Source: Eledone cirrhosa
Lineage: Eukaryota
Assembly: GCA_964016885.1 (NCBI GenBank)
Contig: OZ024742.1
Span: 206,336,001 to 206,400,000 of the forward strand
DNA: 64,000 bases
Direction: 5' to 3'
Shown here: positions 15,001-26,724 of the stretch, in pieces
Position numbering within the stretch: the first letter of the stretch is position 1
How the letters are laid out: each line of letters opens with the position of its first letter
The notes under the pieces: model-generated
What the model was told of the DNA's origin: nothing
Seen by the model: the letters and a program-made list of their open reading frames with translations, nothing else
Databases searched by the model: none
Program-made: the position numbers and the translations under genes

Positions 15001-15480
15001 TGGTGGTAGTGGTTACAGTAATGGTGATATCATTTACGGTAATGGTAGTAGTGGTTACAGTAATGGTGGTAGTGGTTACAGTGGTGGTGGTAGCGGTTAC
15101 AGTAATGGTGGTAGTGGCTAGACTAATGGTAGTATTGGTTACAGCGATGGAGGTAGTGGTTACAGTAGTGGTGGTAGTGGTTACTGTAATGGTGGTAATG
15201 GCTACAGTGGTGGTGGTAGTGGTTACCGTAATGGTGGTAGTGGTTAAAGTGGTGGTGGTAGTGGTTACTGTAATGGTGGTAGCGGTTACAGTAGTGGTGG
15301 CAGTGGTTACAGTAATGGTGGTAGTGGTTACTGTAATGGTGGTAGCTGTTACAGTGGTGGTGGTATTCGTTACAGTGGTGGTGGTGGTGGTTACTGTAAT
15401 GGTGGTAGCGGTTACAGTGGTGGTGGTATTCGTTACAGTGGTAGTGGTGCAAATGGTTCTGTTAGGATTAGTGGTGAATT
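1..15480. repeat. 21-bp G/T-rich minisatellite (consensus GGTGGTAGTGGTTACAGTAAT) with higher-order repeats; runs off the left edge
   Basis: 21-nt periodicity is directly visible. Diagnostic variants recur at fixed spacings: 2391 bp (153/2544, 557/2948, 838/3229, 1564/3955), 3115 bp (7896/11011, 8177/11292, 8861/11976) and 3472 bp (9862/13334, 10541/14013). Confidence 0.97.
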
Positions 15481-16087
15481 TGTAACGTCTGCCGTGATAT
15501 GGTTGTAGAGTCTAGTGTGATGGTAGGAAGTGTTTCAGTCACTCCTCTGTATTGATAGATGCTTCTGTGATGGTGGTTTGGGTGGTGGTGATTGCTGTAG
15601 TAATAAGTACTATTGTTTATCAATGTTAACTGATTGACTGTTAATGATATTGTTAGTATTAACCCTTTAGCAATCTCGTTACTCTATATTTAATATTGTA
15701 TTTTCACAAAAAGGCTTTAACTCAGATAATCAGCTCCCATAATATCGAATCTATGAGATTTTGATTTTATTTATTTTGAGAACAATACCTTAACATCAGT
15801 ATGGGTGGCTAGTTGTGAACAGTTAGAGCACAAAGAGGTGAGTGAATACTAGCCAAGTATGGTTGGTTTAAATGCTAAAGAGTTAGTACTGAAAGTAGGG
15901 GTAGTGATACTATTGTTTGCTGTTATTGTTTTTCAACTAGTGGTTGTGTTACATGGTAGTGATTGGTTTAAAGCAAGTGTTAATAGTTATTTATTATGCC
16001 TATAAATTTTTTTATTGCATATTTGTGTGTATGTGTATGCATACATTTAAAAATTCAAATGTTTTATATGTGTAAGCATACATGTTT

Positions 16088-16350
16088 CATCATCATCATC
16101 ATTTCATTTTACGTCCGCTTTTTCCCTGCTTGCAAGGGTGGGACGGGAACTGATTCTGGCTTGATTTCTACAGCTGGATGCCCTCCTAACACCAACCTCA
16201 TTTACAGTGAGTGCTGGGTGCTTTTTTGCCGTGGCACCTCCACGACCACTTTGCAGTGGAATGATATGGACCCCAGTCCCTATCATCTCATTTCTACAGC
16301 TGAGTAAACTGGAGCAATGTGAAATAAAGTGTCTTGCTCAAGGAAACAAT
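16088..16350 (-). mobile_element. 5'-truncated CORE-type SINE with RTE-derived 3' tail and (ATG)n end
   Basis: Reverse complement matches the full copy at 31970-32327 (CCTTGAGCAAGACACTTTATTTCACATTGCTCCAGTTTACTCAGCTGTAGAAATGAG ... GCAAGCAGGGAAAAAGCGGACGTAAAATG). Confidence 0.85.
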
Positions 16351-16452
16351 ATGTATGTGTGTAACAATTAATCGCAACAAAAAGAGATCAATAAAAAAGA
16401 TGCCACACTGAAATAAGTATTGGGTTCAATATGATTGCCTAAAAATCCTACC

Positions 16453-16814
16453 TGGTCACTGACAAATGACTAAAAACCCTGGAAGGCAGTTCCCCATGTA
16501 TGGTCACTGACCAATGACTAAAAACCCTGGAAGGCAATGCCCCATGTATGGTCACTGACCCATGACTAAAAGCCCTGGAAGGCAGGTCCCCATGCATAGT
16601 CACTGACCAATGACTAAAAACTCTGGAAGGCAATGCCCCATGTATGGTCACTGACCAATGAATAAAAACCCTGGAAGGCAGGTCCCCATGCATAGTCACT
16701 GACCAATGACTAAAAACTCTGGCAGGCAGATCCCCATGCATGGTCACTGACCAATGACTAAAAACCCTGGAAGGCAATGTCCCTATGCATGGTCACTGAC
16801 CAATGACTGAAAAC
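16453..16814 (+). repeat. 48-bp tandem repeat, about 7.5 copies
   Basis: Unit TGGTCACTGACCAATGACTAAAAACCCTGGAAGGCAATGCCCCATGTA starts at 16453, 16501 and onward; it appears as a 16-aa repeat in ORF 16448-16777. Confidence 0.95.
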
Positions 16815-17225
16815 ACCCTGTAAAATAATAAAAAGATTTGGGAAAGATCACAGATTTTTCAGGGGGTTGGTGGTTATATTAGTTTGAGGCATATTAGTTT
16901 GATTGAATCAATCAAACTAATATGCCTGGTACATTTATTTTAATCCTAGAGACATGAAAGACAAAGGTAAATCCCAAAGCCTTTGAATACTGTAAAACAC
17001 TCTATCCGGTGTTCTAACGACTCTGTGAATTCATACAAAACTAATATCAACATCAATAGCTTCATTAGTCCAAATGCTATACTTGGCATGCACATGACTA
17101 CTAATAAGTTAAGCAACCATCACACTGTGATCACCATCACACTCTGACCAAATTCCCTGCTGGGAATAGCAACCAAATACCCTTCAAATCAACCCCCACT
17201 GTCATGATAAAGGATACATTAGATA

Positions 17226-17844
17226 TATTTCTTTATTAAACACAAGGGTATACAAAAAATGGGACATTACAAGACATGATGGTGGGGGTTTTACATAATA
17301 ATCATATCACTTTAACATTAATAAATAACAATAAACTATATATAAAATAAAATAACAATCGAAATCCCCAAGGGGGGAACGTTACTACATGGTTGTTTTA
17401 CACCCCATAGATAGAACAACCCTCAACACCAGGAGCATGTTTTGTAGGTGTTCCCGTCTTCCCTCTTTTTGTCTTCCTCAACCTACAGGTTTATGTGCAG
17501 AGAAGGCCCATCCACTCGGGATATTTTCGCCACATTCACCCACCTTTCAGCAAATTTACTGGGGTGCAGCACCTCTCTCAACACTCTCACCTTCCTTCTG
17601 AAGTGGTATTTAAAGAAGGGAGTGAGTTGTTGTCCGGAGAGGAAGGTGTTTACCCTCAGTTATTTTAACCTCGTCCACCATATTACCTCTTTCACCAAAG
17701 CCACCAGACAGAGGAAAACTGCCTCTCCTTCATTCTTAAATGAAGGTGGTGGGGGTAATCCACATGTGACAGTTCGGCATAATTCCATAGGTCGGTCACC
17801 CCTGGGCAATGGTTTCAATGTTCTGCTTGCATCTTGGACAGGTC
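17226..17844 (-). mobile_element. 3' fragment of a Tx1-like non-LTR retrotransposon with 10-bp TSD
   Basis: Homologous to about 51450-52105 (antisense peptide KWYLKK...CPERKV...FNLVHH.TSF...QRKTASPSFL shared). Same AATAAAGAAA-TATCT 3' end. TSD ACATTAGATA at 17216-17225 and 17845-17854. Confidence 0.88.
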
Positions 17845-17933
17845 ACATTAGATAATTGTGTAGTTCTGAAGACACCTTAAAAGACAGGATGGTAATTGTT
17901 GGAAGAGTTTTGATTATAAGTCTGCTCAATTTG

Positions 17934-18469
17934 TGTTAGGTTCATCACTTTGAGCCAGAAACAAAGAGACAATCTATGCAATGGAAATGCCCTTCCTCAC
18001 CTGCTCCAAAGAAGTCCAAGGTTGTTTCATCTGCGGGGAAGGTGATGGTATCAATTTTTTGGATGCAAAAGGCATTGTGTTTATTGACTATTTTCAAAAG
18101 AACCACACCCTCAATGGAGAATACTATGCCAATTTGCTGAGGCAGTTATGAAAGGATATGGTTTCAATGGGTATTGTGTGTGACTTTGGCTTTGAACTGG
18201 TTGGCCCCATTTAACTATCATCTGTTCACCAACATGAAAAAGCACTTCACTGAGAACCAGTATTGCAATGATGAGGATGTCATATTGTGGTTGATGATGT
18301 TTTTACCAACAAGATGAAAGCTTTTATACCAATGAGATCCAAACATTGCAACGCCTATGGAAGAAGTGTGTCGACCACAAGGGGACTATGCCAAAAGAAC
18401 AAACCCCATTTGGTTATATTCCATGAGAGTATCAAGATCAGCCGGTGAACCTTTCAGTCGACCCTCATA
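17934..18469 (+). mobile_element. Decayed mariner transposon, 3' half (catalytic-domain transposase relic plus right TIR)
   Basis: Translates as VHHFEPETKRQSMQWK..SSPAPKKSKVVSSAGKVMVSIF/DAKGIVFIDY....TLNGEYYANLLRQL ... YHLFTNMKKH ... LQRLWKKCVD.KGDY, with frameshifts and deletions. Ends in TIR-like TGAACCTTTCAGTCGACCCTCATA. Confidence 0.9.
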
Positions 18470-18494
18470 AAGAGACAAACCAACAATCTTCTTT

Positions 18495-18700
18495 ACCTTG
18501 CTAAAACTACACCTGTGCATATACTACATACAAAGACTACCTTCTCTGTTAACATGCTTGTGATCTCAGTACACCTTTTGTGTGTCCATAGTTTACATAG
18601 TATAGCAGATATCACATTCCTACTTACTTTTTTGCTGTATATCAAATATGACTCTTTTCCTGATATAAAAAATCTTTTGTTTTCTTTCCAACATACTTAA
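18495..18700 (-). mobile_element. Old RTE LINE relic (PHD-finger region)
   Basis: Minus strand reads KKVSRNVISAILCKLWTHKRCTEITSMLTEKVVFVCSICTG, matching the RKGVGRNSILC..CK.WVHKRCSGI...L.....F.C..C segment of the RTE ORFs in this window. Confidence 0.75.
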
Positions 18701-18769
18701 ACTTTAGACAAGACAACAGCTATTCTGTCTTTTCGATTCTGTTTTGTTTTCATAAGCATGTTAAATAAG

Positions 18770-18829
18770 TGCTGGTGGTGGTGATGGTGGTAGTGGTGAT
18801 GATGATGAGAATGTTGTTGTTGATGATGG

Positions 18830-18875
<46 letters not shown>
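18770..18875. repeat. (GAT/GGT)n microsatellite
   Basis: Direct inspection; explains the poly-His ORF 18697-18969. Confidence 0.95.
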
Positions 18876-19498
18876 CTAACATCTCTTCTCTAGGTCTTTC
18901 ACAGTAATAAACAGAAAGGTGAAGTTGGGTAGAATACTGTGATAGAGGAATATCATTAAACACTGCCAATACTAGAATACTGGGCTGGCAGGCTTAAAGT
19001 ATTAATTATAATTCTATTGCATACCTTGACTACCTCAATTACTTTATACATCCATTTCTCTGCCAACCGTATGCCAATTCTGCCTTGTTTACCATCCAGA
19101 ATAATTTATACCAGTGTTCTTTACTTGAGAAGAATCTGGCTGAGGCTCTCCTCTACCTTATGTCTTGAACATAAGACTCATTTATTTGCCTTTGTTCTGG
19201 CATCTCTACAATCCCACCTGATGTACATTTATATATGTATATAAATATATATATATATATATTTAGGAAAGAGACAAGTGTTACTGGAAAGGACTCATTA
19301 AACCCATGGAAGCATGGAAAAATGGGTATAAAATGGATTATATATATATATACACTGATTTATTCCAAGAATATTTTGTCACCTGCATAAATGCACAGAG
19401 GCAAGAAAATTGTAGTATTGAATCATCCACTTCAAATATATAAATGAACACTATTATGTGTCGTAATTTTCTTCTGCTTGTATACCCAAATGTGTATG

Positions 19499-19530
<32 letters not shown>

Positions 19531-19576
19531 GTAAATGAGTGAAGAATAATATGGATCGTTAACTTAAATATATATA

Positions 19577-22500
19577 TCATCATCATCATCATCATCATCA
19601 TTTTACGTTCACTTTTCCTTGCTTGCAAGGGTTGGACGGGTCCTATTCAGCACAGCATCTTTCAACTTGTCACGATCCTTCGTCATCTCCTCGGTGAGTT
19701 TCAGCGATCTGAGGTTTGCTCTCACCACCTCCGCCCATGTTTTTCATGGTCTACCTCTACTGTGTCTTCCTTCTACTGGGATTTCTTGGCACTTCTTTAC
19801 CAAGCGGTCATCCTCCATGCGCATCACATGTCCATACCATCTCAGCCTTCTCTCCTGCACAACACAACTTATCCCTCTTATACCCAGTTTCTTTCTCAAC
19901 TCGTCTATGCTTGGTCATTCATGTACATTGACATTGCACATCCAACGGAGCATACTTGCTTCATTTCTCTCCAGCCGTCGCATGTCTTCTGCAGTTGCTG
20001 CCCATGATTCACTACCATGCAGCATAGCGCATCTCACATAGGCATCATATAACTGTCCTTTTGTATGCAGGGAGAAACCCTTCTTTGTCAACTAAGGAAG
20101 CAGCTCCCTAAACTTCTTCCAACCCGTCCTTATTCTAGATACTATGGCTTTGGAACACTCCCTTCCCATGCTAATCTGATCACCTAGGTACCGGAAGCTA
20201 TCAACCACATCTATAGAACCCACCTGCATTGGAAAAATGAGTCTATCACAACGATTACTACTGCCAACTTTCCCTGTACACCTACTGCATACATAGTTTT
20301 CCCTACCTGTTAGTTTGTCTGCTATCCCACTACATCTCTTGTGTACCCAAGTTCTGCATTGCATACATTTTATGGAATTTATGCCAGTTCCTTTCCTACT
20401 ATCGAACATGGCCATTTCCCTGATAGAATCAGAGTATTGTCCTCTCTTCTACTTATCAACGCCTTTCTTTTAGCTATGTTCACTCTCAGGCCTTTTGATT
20501 CCAACTGCTGTTTCCATAGCCAGAATTTATTCTCTAGCTCCTTTACTGATTCTGCTATAAGAACCAGATCATCAACATAGAGCAGTTGCCATGGGCATCC
20601 AGTCCTAAACTCCTGTATTATGGCTTGGAGTACTATAATGAACAAGAGAGAGCTGAGGAGAGAACCTTGATGTACACCTACTTGTATCTGGAATTCCTCA
20701 CTAAACTCCATTCCTATTCTCACTTTACTGACAGCACCCCCTGTACATAGCTTGCACTGTCCTCACAAGCCATTCCTCTACACCTAGTTTCCTTAGGGAC
20801 CACCAGATGACAGAACGGGGTACCCTATCAAAGGTTTTCTCTAGGTCAAAAGCTAAGTATAGTGGCCTATACCTCTCTTGTAGTTGCCTCACTAAGAAGA
20901 GGGCATCTGTTGTACTTTTCTTAGGCACAAAACCAAACTGCATCTCATCTAAATTGATCTTTCTCTAATCAGTTGCGCTAATATTCTCTCTGCCACTTTC
21001 ATAACCTGATCGATCAGCTTTATGCCCCTATAATTGCTCCTCTCTAGAGCATCCCCTTTACCTTTGTAACAATTTATGAGAATACTGCTGCACCAGTCTT
21101 TGAGTATGACACCACCATATATAGCTTGATTAATGATGCGTGCAACTAGTTTAGTGCCTACTTCTCCTGAAGCCTTCAGCATCTCAGCAACTATCCCCAA
21201 CAGCCCAGCAGCCTTACCATTCTTCATTTCCTTACTTGCCTCTTGTACCCTATATTCGTTAATCTCAATTCTGTCGGGTCTACTGAGGGTAATTTCTCTC
21301 TCTCCCATTCGTTCTCCACATTCATCAGTCTCTCATAATGATTTTTCCAGGCCACCTTCTTCTGATCATTCGTGACACTAAGTACACCAGCATCATTCCG
21401 GACACACTTATCTCCAACAACATCCTGATTTTCACTGACACACTGCTTTGCAATGCGGAACACCGCACGTCTCTGATCTTCCCGTCGTAGAACGTTAGCA
21501 GACCTCCTACTCTCAGCTTCCCTGCATGCTAAGTACACCTGACATCTAGCTTCTCTCTTAGCGGCTGTGCATCCATCTCTACTGCCACCATTTTTCCAAG
21601 CTTTCCATGCCAGTCTTTTGTCTCTAATGGCCCTATCTACTGTGCTGTTCCACCACCAGGTCACTCTCTGTCTGGTTGAAGCTCTGCCCCTACCACAAGT
21701 TTCTTCAGTAGCCTGCAGTATGTTGTTACAAGAAATTCCAGTTATCATCTATGTCATACAACTCTAAATCGTCTTCTTTTTCGTCATACGCATCTTGAAG
21801 GGCTTTGCTAAATTTATATTTTAATGAAAGGTCTTTTAGCTTCCAGACCTTTCTTTTCCACACCTTCCTGTATGTCTCATTCTTTCTCTTGCTTACTAAG
21901 ATGTCATTAACGACTAACCTATGATGTGAGGTACATTCTTCCCCAGGGTATACCTTAGTATTTGACACCATCCGTCTGTCTCGCTGTCTAACTAGTAGGA
22001 AGTCAATCTGGCTTATGTGCTCGCCTGATTTGTAGGTTATTAGGTAGTTGGTAGGCTTCTGGAAGTTAGTGTTGCAAATGGTTGGGCATTTGCATCACAA
22101 AATTCAAGAAGCCTCACTCCTTCATTTCTTGAGCCATAACAGTGCCCACCATGTACCCCAGTGTATCTATCCTAGAGCTGTCCAACATATCCATTGAAGT
22201 CCCCTGCTAGCATAACGATGTCTCTGTCCTCTGTCATTGAGGCTGTCTGTAAAAGTTGCTCGTAAAAGCCGTCTTTCTCTTCTTTACCTAGGCCTGCCTG
22301 GGGAGCATAGGCAGAGATGATTGTCAGTAGTCTCTTGCCTACAACTAACCTAAGCTTAATTATTCTATTTCTAACTCTAACTACCTCTATTGTCTTATTG
22401 ATCCATCTCTCAGCCAGTAATATGCCCACCCCACCTAACCTATCATCATTACTCACCCAGAAAAGCTTATAACTACGATGTTTGCCTGCGATTAGTCTTG

Positions 22501-23170
22501 CAGAGCCACCTCTCCATCGCACCTCTTGCACACAGAACACATCCACATGCTTTCTCTCCAGCATCTCTGCAATCTCACCAGATCTACCTGTTAGAGTGCC
22601 AACATTAAGTATGGCAACTCTGAGATGCGACATCCCGTTCTTTTTCCTGCTGTGCGATTGCTTGATGACGGTCGTGGGATTCTCACACATGGCCACACTA
22701 GCCACCCCCCTATCATGCGCAGCCTTAACATGGTTAGTGTTATTTCTGTTGACACAGTTGTTGCAATTCTTATTTGTTGTGCTAATAATTTTGGCTTTCA
22801 TTATACTGGTTGGATGCCCTTCCTAACATAAGCACCACTTTACAGCATGGACTGGGTGATTTTATTCGTGCCACCAGCACTAGAGAGGTTGTCTTACTGG
22901 ACTCAGGGGCCCTAACCACCCCTCCATTTTACAGCATGGACTGGGTGTTTTTATTCGCGCCACCAGCACTAGAGGGGTCATCTTACTGGACTCAGGGGCC
23001 CTATCTACCCCTCCATTTTACAGCATGGACTGTGTGTTTTTATTCGTGCCACCAGCACTAGGGAAGTTGTCTTATTGGACTTCTCTACCCCGCACCAATT
23101 TATTCGGAGTGGTTTATGGAGCCTCCATCCTCTCCTTGTCTGTTCTATGATATATTCACGAAGGAGTGAT
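19577..23170 (-). mobile_element. Near full-length RTE-clade LINE (copy A): APE endonuclease plus RT, frameshifted
   Basis: APE motifs in 22172-22801 (LNVGTL, CVQEVRW, SAYAPQ, GDFNG). RT motifs in split ORFs 20092-21971 (NYRGIKL, QFGF, DLEKTFD, GVHQGS, LLYVDD). (ATG)n tail at 19577-19601; (TA)n on both flanks. Confidence 0.93.
22839..23095 (-). repeat. 89-bp x3 tandem monomers in the 5' UTR of RTE copy A
   Basis: ACAGCATGGACTG at 22842, 22931 and 23020. Confidence 0.9.
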
Positions 23171-23209
23171 TATATATGTATATATGTGTACATTATATAT
23201 ATACATTGA

Positions 23210-23430
23210 GGGCGGCGGATTGGCAATATCGGTATAGGGTGGGACGCCATCCTTTGCAGCATATAGTTACGGTCCTTTACAGTCTGAGTTCAAATCCTGC
23301 CGAGGTTAACTTTGCCTTTCATCCTTATGGGGTCGATAAAATAAAGCACCAGTAACGTACTGGGGTCGATTTAATCGATTTCCCCCTCCCCCAAAATTGC
23401 TGGCCTTGTGCCTATATAAGAAACCATTAT
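23210..23430 (+). mobile_element. tRNA-derived SINE, family 2 (MetaSINE-like central domain)
   Basis: A box-like TGGCAATATCGG, B box GAGTTCAAATCC, central GAGGTTAACTTTGCCTTTCATCCTT..GGGGTCGATAAAATAAAG.ACCAG, AT-rich tail; at least 5 other copies in the window. Confidence 0.85.
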
Positions 23431-23491
23431 ATATATATATTATATACATATATATATATCCTATACATATATACATATATATATATGTATA

Positions 23492-25873
23492 TCATCATCA
23501 TCATCATCATCAACGTTTAACGTCCGTGTTCCACGCTTGCATGGGTTTGGACGGGGGTAGTCCCACTTGAGGCAAGAGTGATTGTCTTGCTCGCATAGGA
23601 CTGTCTGGCAGGTTTTCTACAGTTGGATGCCCTTCCTAACACCAACCACATTTACAGTGTGGGTCTGGGAGGTTTTTACCGTGTTGCCTACACGGCCACA
23701 TTACAGCGTGGACTGTGTGTTTTTTTGTCGTGACACCTACACGATCTCATTTGTTTCGGCCTGGATGGCGCGGCACCAACATAACTTTACATAGAACGGG
23801 GTGGTGTGGATGGGGTGGGGGTGGCGGCGGGAGGGGTGTATTTTGTTAGAGATGCCTACTGGCAAGGCGGGTCTTCTCTGTTACTGAGTACCGCCAAAGG
23901 TCACGGTCCAGTGACATTGTCTTGGAGAGGTGAAAGTGTGTGAGGTCGGAGTTTATCAGCTCATCCCATGTTTTTCTAGGTCTGCCTATTCCGTGGCTAC
24001 CGTCTATCTTTATTGCCCTGCACTTTGTAATACAGCTATCGACTTTCATGCGCATCACGTGTCCATACCAACGCAGCCTTCTCTCGAGTAAACAACATCT
24101 GATCCCTCTTATCTCTAATTTTTTCCTTAGTTCGTTTATGCTTTGCCGTTCACGTATATTACTGTTACACATCCAGCGGAGCATGCAAGCTTCGTTCCTC
24201 TCTAGTCTGCGTATATCCTCTGCACACAATGCCCAGGTCTCACTACCATGCAACATTGCTGTTCGTATGCAGGCATCGTACAACCTGCCTTTCATTTTTA
24301 GGGAGAACCCTTTAGCAGCTAATAGTGGTATAAGCTCTCTGAACTTTTTCCAACCAGTTCTGACTCTAGCTACAGTACTTTCAGAGCACCCTCCCCCACT
24401 GCTGATTTTATCGCCCAGGTAACGGAAGCTGTCCACTATTTCTATAGAACCCTCTGCGCAATTGAAAGAGCTAGTATTTTGTGGGCACTTGCTGCTACTT
24501 ATTGCACCAGAACACCGGCCACATGTAAAGTCTATGTTCTTAGTTAGCTTACCTGTGATCCCACTACATCTTTTATGCACCCATACTTTGCATTTAGGAC
24601 ATAAGATGGAGTTTCTACCTACGCCTTTCCTACATACCGAGCACGACCATTTCCCAGAAGGGACCGCCGCCTTGTTTTCTTTCCTACAAACTAGAACTTT
24701 GGTCTTAGCCAGGTTAATTTTAAGTCCTTTTGACTCTAGGCCGTGCTTCCATGTTTGGAATTTCTTCTCTAGCTCGGCCATTGATTCCGCTATGAGTGTC
24801 AGGTCGTCTGCGTATAGGAGTTCCCATGGGCAGCCTGTCTTGAACTCCTCTGTTATAGCCTGAAGGGCAATAATAAATAGTAGGGGGCTGAGAACAGAGC
24901 CCTGATGGACGCCAACTTTTACGCTAAACTCTTCACTATATTCGTTGTTAATTCTAACCTTGCTGACTGTTTCTTTATACATGGCTTGTATAGCCCTCAC
25001 AAGCCATTCGTCAACGCCTAGTTTTCTAAGAGCCCACCAGATAATGGAGCGGGGGACTCTGTCGAAGGCTTTCTCCAGGTCGACAAAAGCTAAGTAGAGG
25101 GGTTTACCTTTAGCTAGGTACTTCTCCTGTAGTTGTCGTACTATGAAAAGAGCGTCTGTGGTGCTTTTGCCTGACACAAACCCGAACTGCATTTCATCTA
25201 GATCAATTCTCTCTCTGATTAGTTGCGCTATTACTTTTTCCGTGACCTTCATGACCTGGTCGATTAATTTAATGCCTCTATAGTTACTCCTATCTAGGGC
25301 GTCTCCTTTACCCTTATAACAGTTAACGATGATGCTGCTATGCCAGTCCTTCGGAACAACCCCATTCTGTACGACTTGGTTAACTATGCGGGTGACCATG
25401 GTGTGTCCCACCGTGCCAGATGCCTTCAGCATCTCAGCAACTATTTCCGAAGGCCCAGCCGCCTTACCAGTCATCATATCCTTGATTGCCTTACTTATTA
25501 TACTCCCCTCGACTAACACTGCTGGTCCCTCTATCGGGTCGATAAGGGGGAGACTGTATTTCTCCCATTTATTCTCCTCATTTAGTAGCCTTTCATAGTG
25601 ACACTTCCAAGCTACCTTCTTATCAGTGTCGGTGATGGCAAGTATGCCATCATCGTTAAGTACACACTTCTCCCCGACAATATCACGGTTTTCCTTGACG
25701 CATTGCCTGGCAATCCTGAACACCTCACGTTTTTGGTCATCGCGTTGTAGAACATGCTTGAACTTTCTTTCCTCAGCTTCCCTTCTTGCTAAGTACACTT
25801 CTCTCCTAGCTTCCCTCCTGGCCACTTGATAGTCTACTCTACTTCCCCCATCCCGCCATACTTTCCAAGCCTG

Positions 25874-25876
<3 letters not shown>
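23492..25876 (-). mobile_element. 5'-truncated RTE LINE (copy B) in a (TA)n tract
   Basis: Uninterrupted RT ORF, about 350-bp 3' UTR and (ATG)n tail at 23492-23511. Confidence 0.95.
23846..25825 (-). CDS. RTE reverse transcriptase (RT, PHD-like finger, C-terminus; N-terminally truncated)
   Basis: 659-aa ORF with NYRGIKL, QFGF, FVDLEKAFD, GVHQGSVLSPLLF, LLYADD, FRYLG, LRWYGHVMR, GRPRKTW. Confidence 0.92.
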   Translation of the reverse strand: MARREARREVYLARREAEERKFKHVLQRDDQKREVFRIARQCVKENRDIVGEKCVLNDDGILAITDTDKKVAWKCHYERLLNEENKWEKYSLPLIDPIEGPAVLVEGSIISKAIKDMMTGKAAGPSEIVAEMLKASGTVGHTMVTRIVNQVVQNGVVPKDWHSSIIVNCYKGKGDALDRSNYRGIKLIDQVMKVTEKVIAQLIRERIDLDEMQFGFVSGKSTTDALFIVRQLQEKYLAKGKPLYLAFVDLEKAFDRVPRSIIWWALRKLGVDEWLVRAIQAMYKETVSKVRINNEYSEEFSVKVGVHQGSVLSPLLFIIALQAITEEFKTGCPWELLYADDLTLIAESMAELEKKFQTWKHGLESKGLKINLAKTKVLVCRKENKAAVPSGKWSCSVCRKGVGRNSILCPKCKVWVHKRCSGITGKLTKNIDFTCGRCSGAISSSKCPQNTSSFNCAEGSIEIVDSFRYLGDKISSGGGCSESTVARVRTGWKKFRELIPLLAAKGFSLKMKGRLYDACIRTAMLHGSETWALCAEDIRRLERNEACMLRWMCNSNIRERQSINELRKKLEIRGIRCCLLERRLRWYGHVMRMKVDSCITKCRAIKIDGSHGIGRPRKTWDELINSDLTHFHLSKTMSLDRDLWRYSVTEKTRLASRHL

Positions 25877-25942
<66 letters not shown>

Positions 25943-26089
25943 ATATATATATATATTAGTTTTAATATAGATGAGATTCTACAGTACTAGAACTGTTTCA
26001 TTCTTTAGAAATCATCAAAACTTTTATACTCTGCAATGTATTGAGTACCTTACTTACTGTGGTTACCTCCGACTCAACCCGGAATAACG

Positions 26090-26125
<36 letters not shown>

Positions 26126-26191
26126 TGCATGTATATATATGTATATACATATATATATATATATATATACACACGCACACCATTATATATT

Positions 26192-26706
26192 ATCATCATC
26201 TTCATCATCATCATTTTACCTCTGACTTTCCCTGCTTGCAAGGGTGGGACGGGTCTTATTCAGCACAGCATCTCTCCACTTGTCACGGTCCTTCTTCATC
26301 TCCACCGTGAGCTTCAACGATCTGAGGTCTGTTCTCACCACCTCCGACCATGTTTTTCGTGGTCTACCTCTACCACGTCTTCCTTCAACTGGCTTTTCCT
26401 GGCACTTCTTTACCCATCGGTCATTCTCCATGCGCATCACATGTCCATACCACCGCAGTCTCTTCTCTCGCACACTACATTCTATCCCTCTCGGACAGTT
26501 CCTCTCTCAATACATTCATGCTTGGTCATTCACACACATTGATATTGCACATCCAATGGAGCATGCTTGTCACTTTTCTCTCCAACTGTCGCATATCCTC
26601 TGCAGTTGCTGCCCAAGTCTCACTACCATGCAGCATCGCGCTCCTCACACAGGCATCATATAACCGGTCTCTCGTACACAGGGAGAAACCCTTCTTCGTC
26701 AGCAGA
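26192..26706 (-). mobile_element. RTE LINE 3' fragment (copy A family)
   Basis: Encodes REKRLRWYGHVMRMENDRWVKKCQEKPVEGRRGRGRPRKTW; 3' end like 19577-20090. Confidence 0.9.
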
Positions 26707-26724
26707 TAATTATATATTATAATA

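Noticed and set aside
153-15485. Dozens of Val-rich (+) and His/Cys/Tyr-rich (-) ORFs
   Set aside because: Translations of the 21-bp satellite; each ends at a recurrent frameshift variant, and the Gly frame has TAA/TAG variants.
16453-16814. CRISPR-like regular repeats (also the 89-bp and 21-bp arrays)
   Set aside because: Head-to-tail units with no unique spacers, no cas genes, and eukaryotic context.
18697-18969. Poly-His ORF, and the YIYI/CVCV/THTH/ERER ORFs elsewhere
   Set aside because: Microsatellite translations.
22839-23170. HDV-like ribozyme expected at an RTE 5' end
   Set aside because: Could not build the nested double pseudoknot by eye.
23940-25829. ORFs antisense to or overlapping the RTE, Tx1 and PLE ORFs
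   Set aside because: Shadow frames of transposon coding sequence.
25985-26025. Minus-strand TTGATGA-TTTC-TAAA-GAAT-GAAA-CAGTT hammerhead-like motif
   Set aside because: U3 without A8 and no stem I adjacent to the core; at best a relic.
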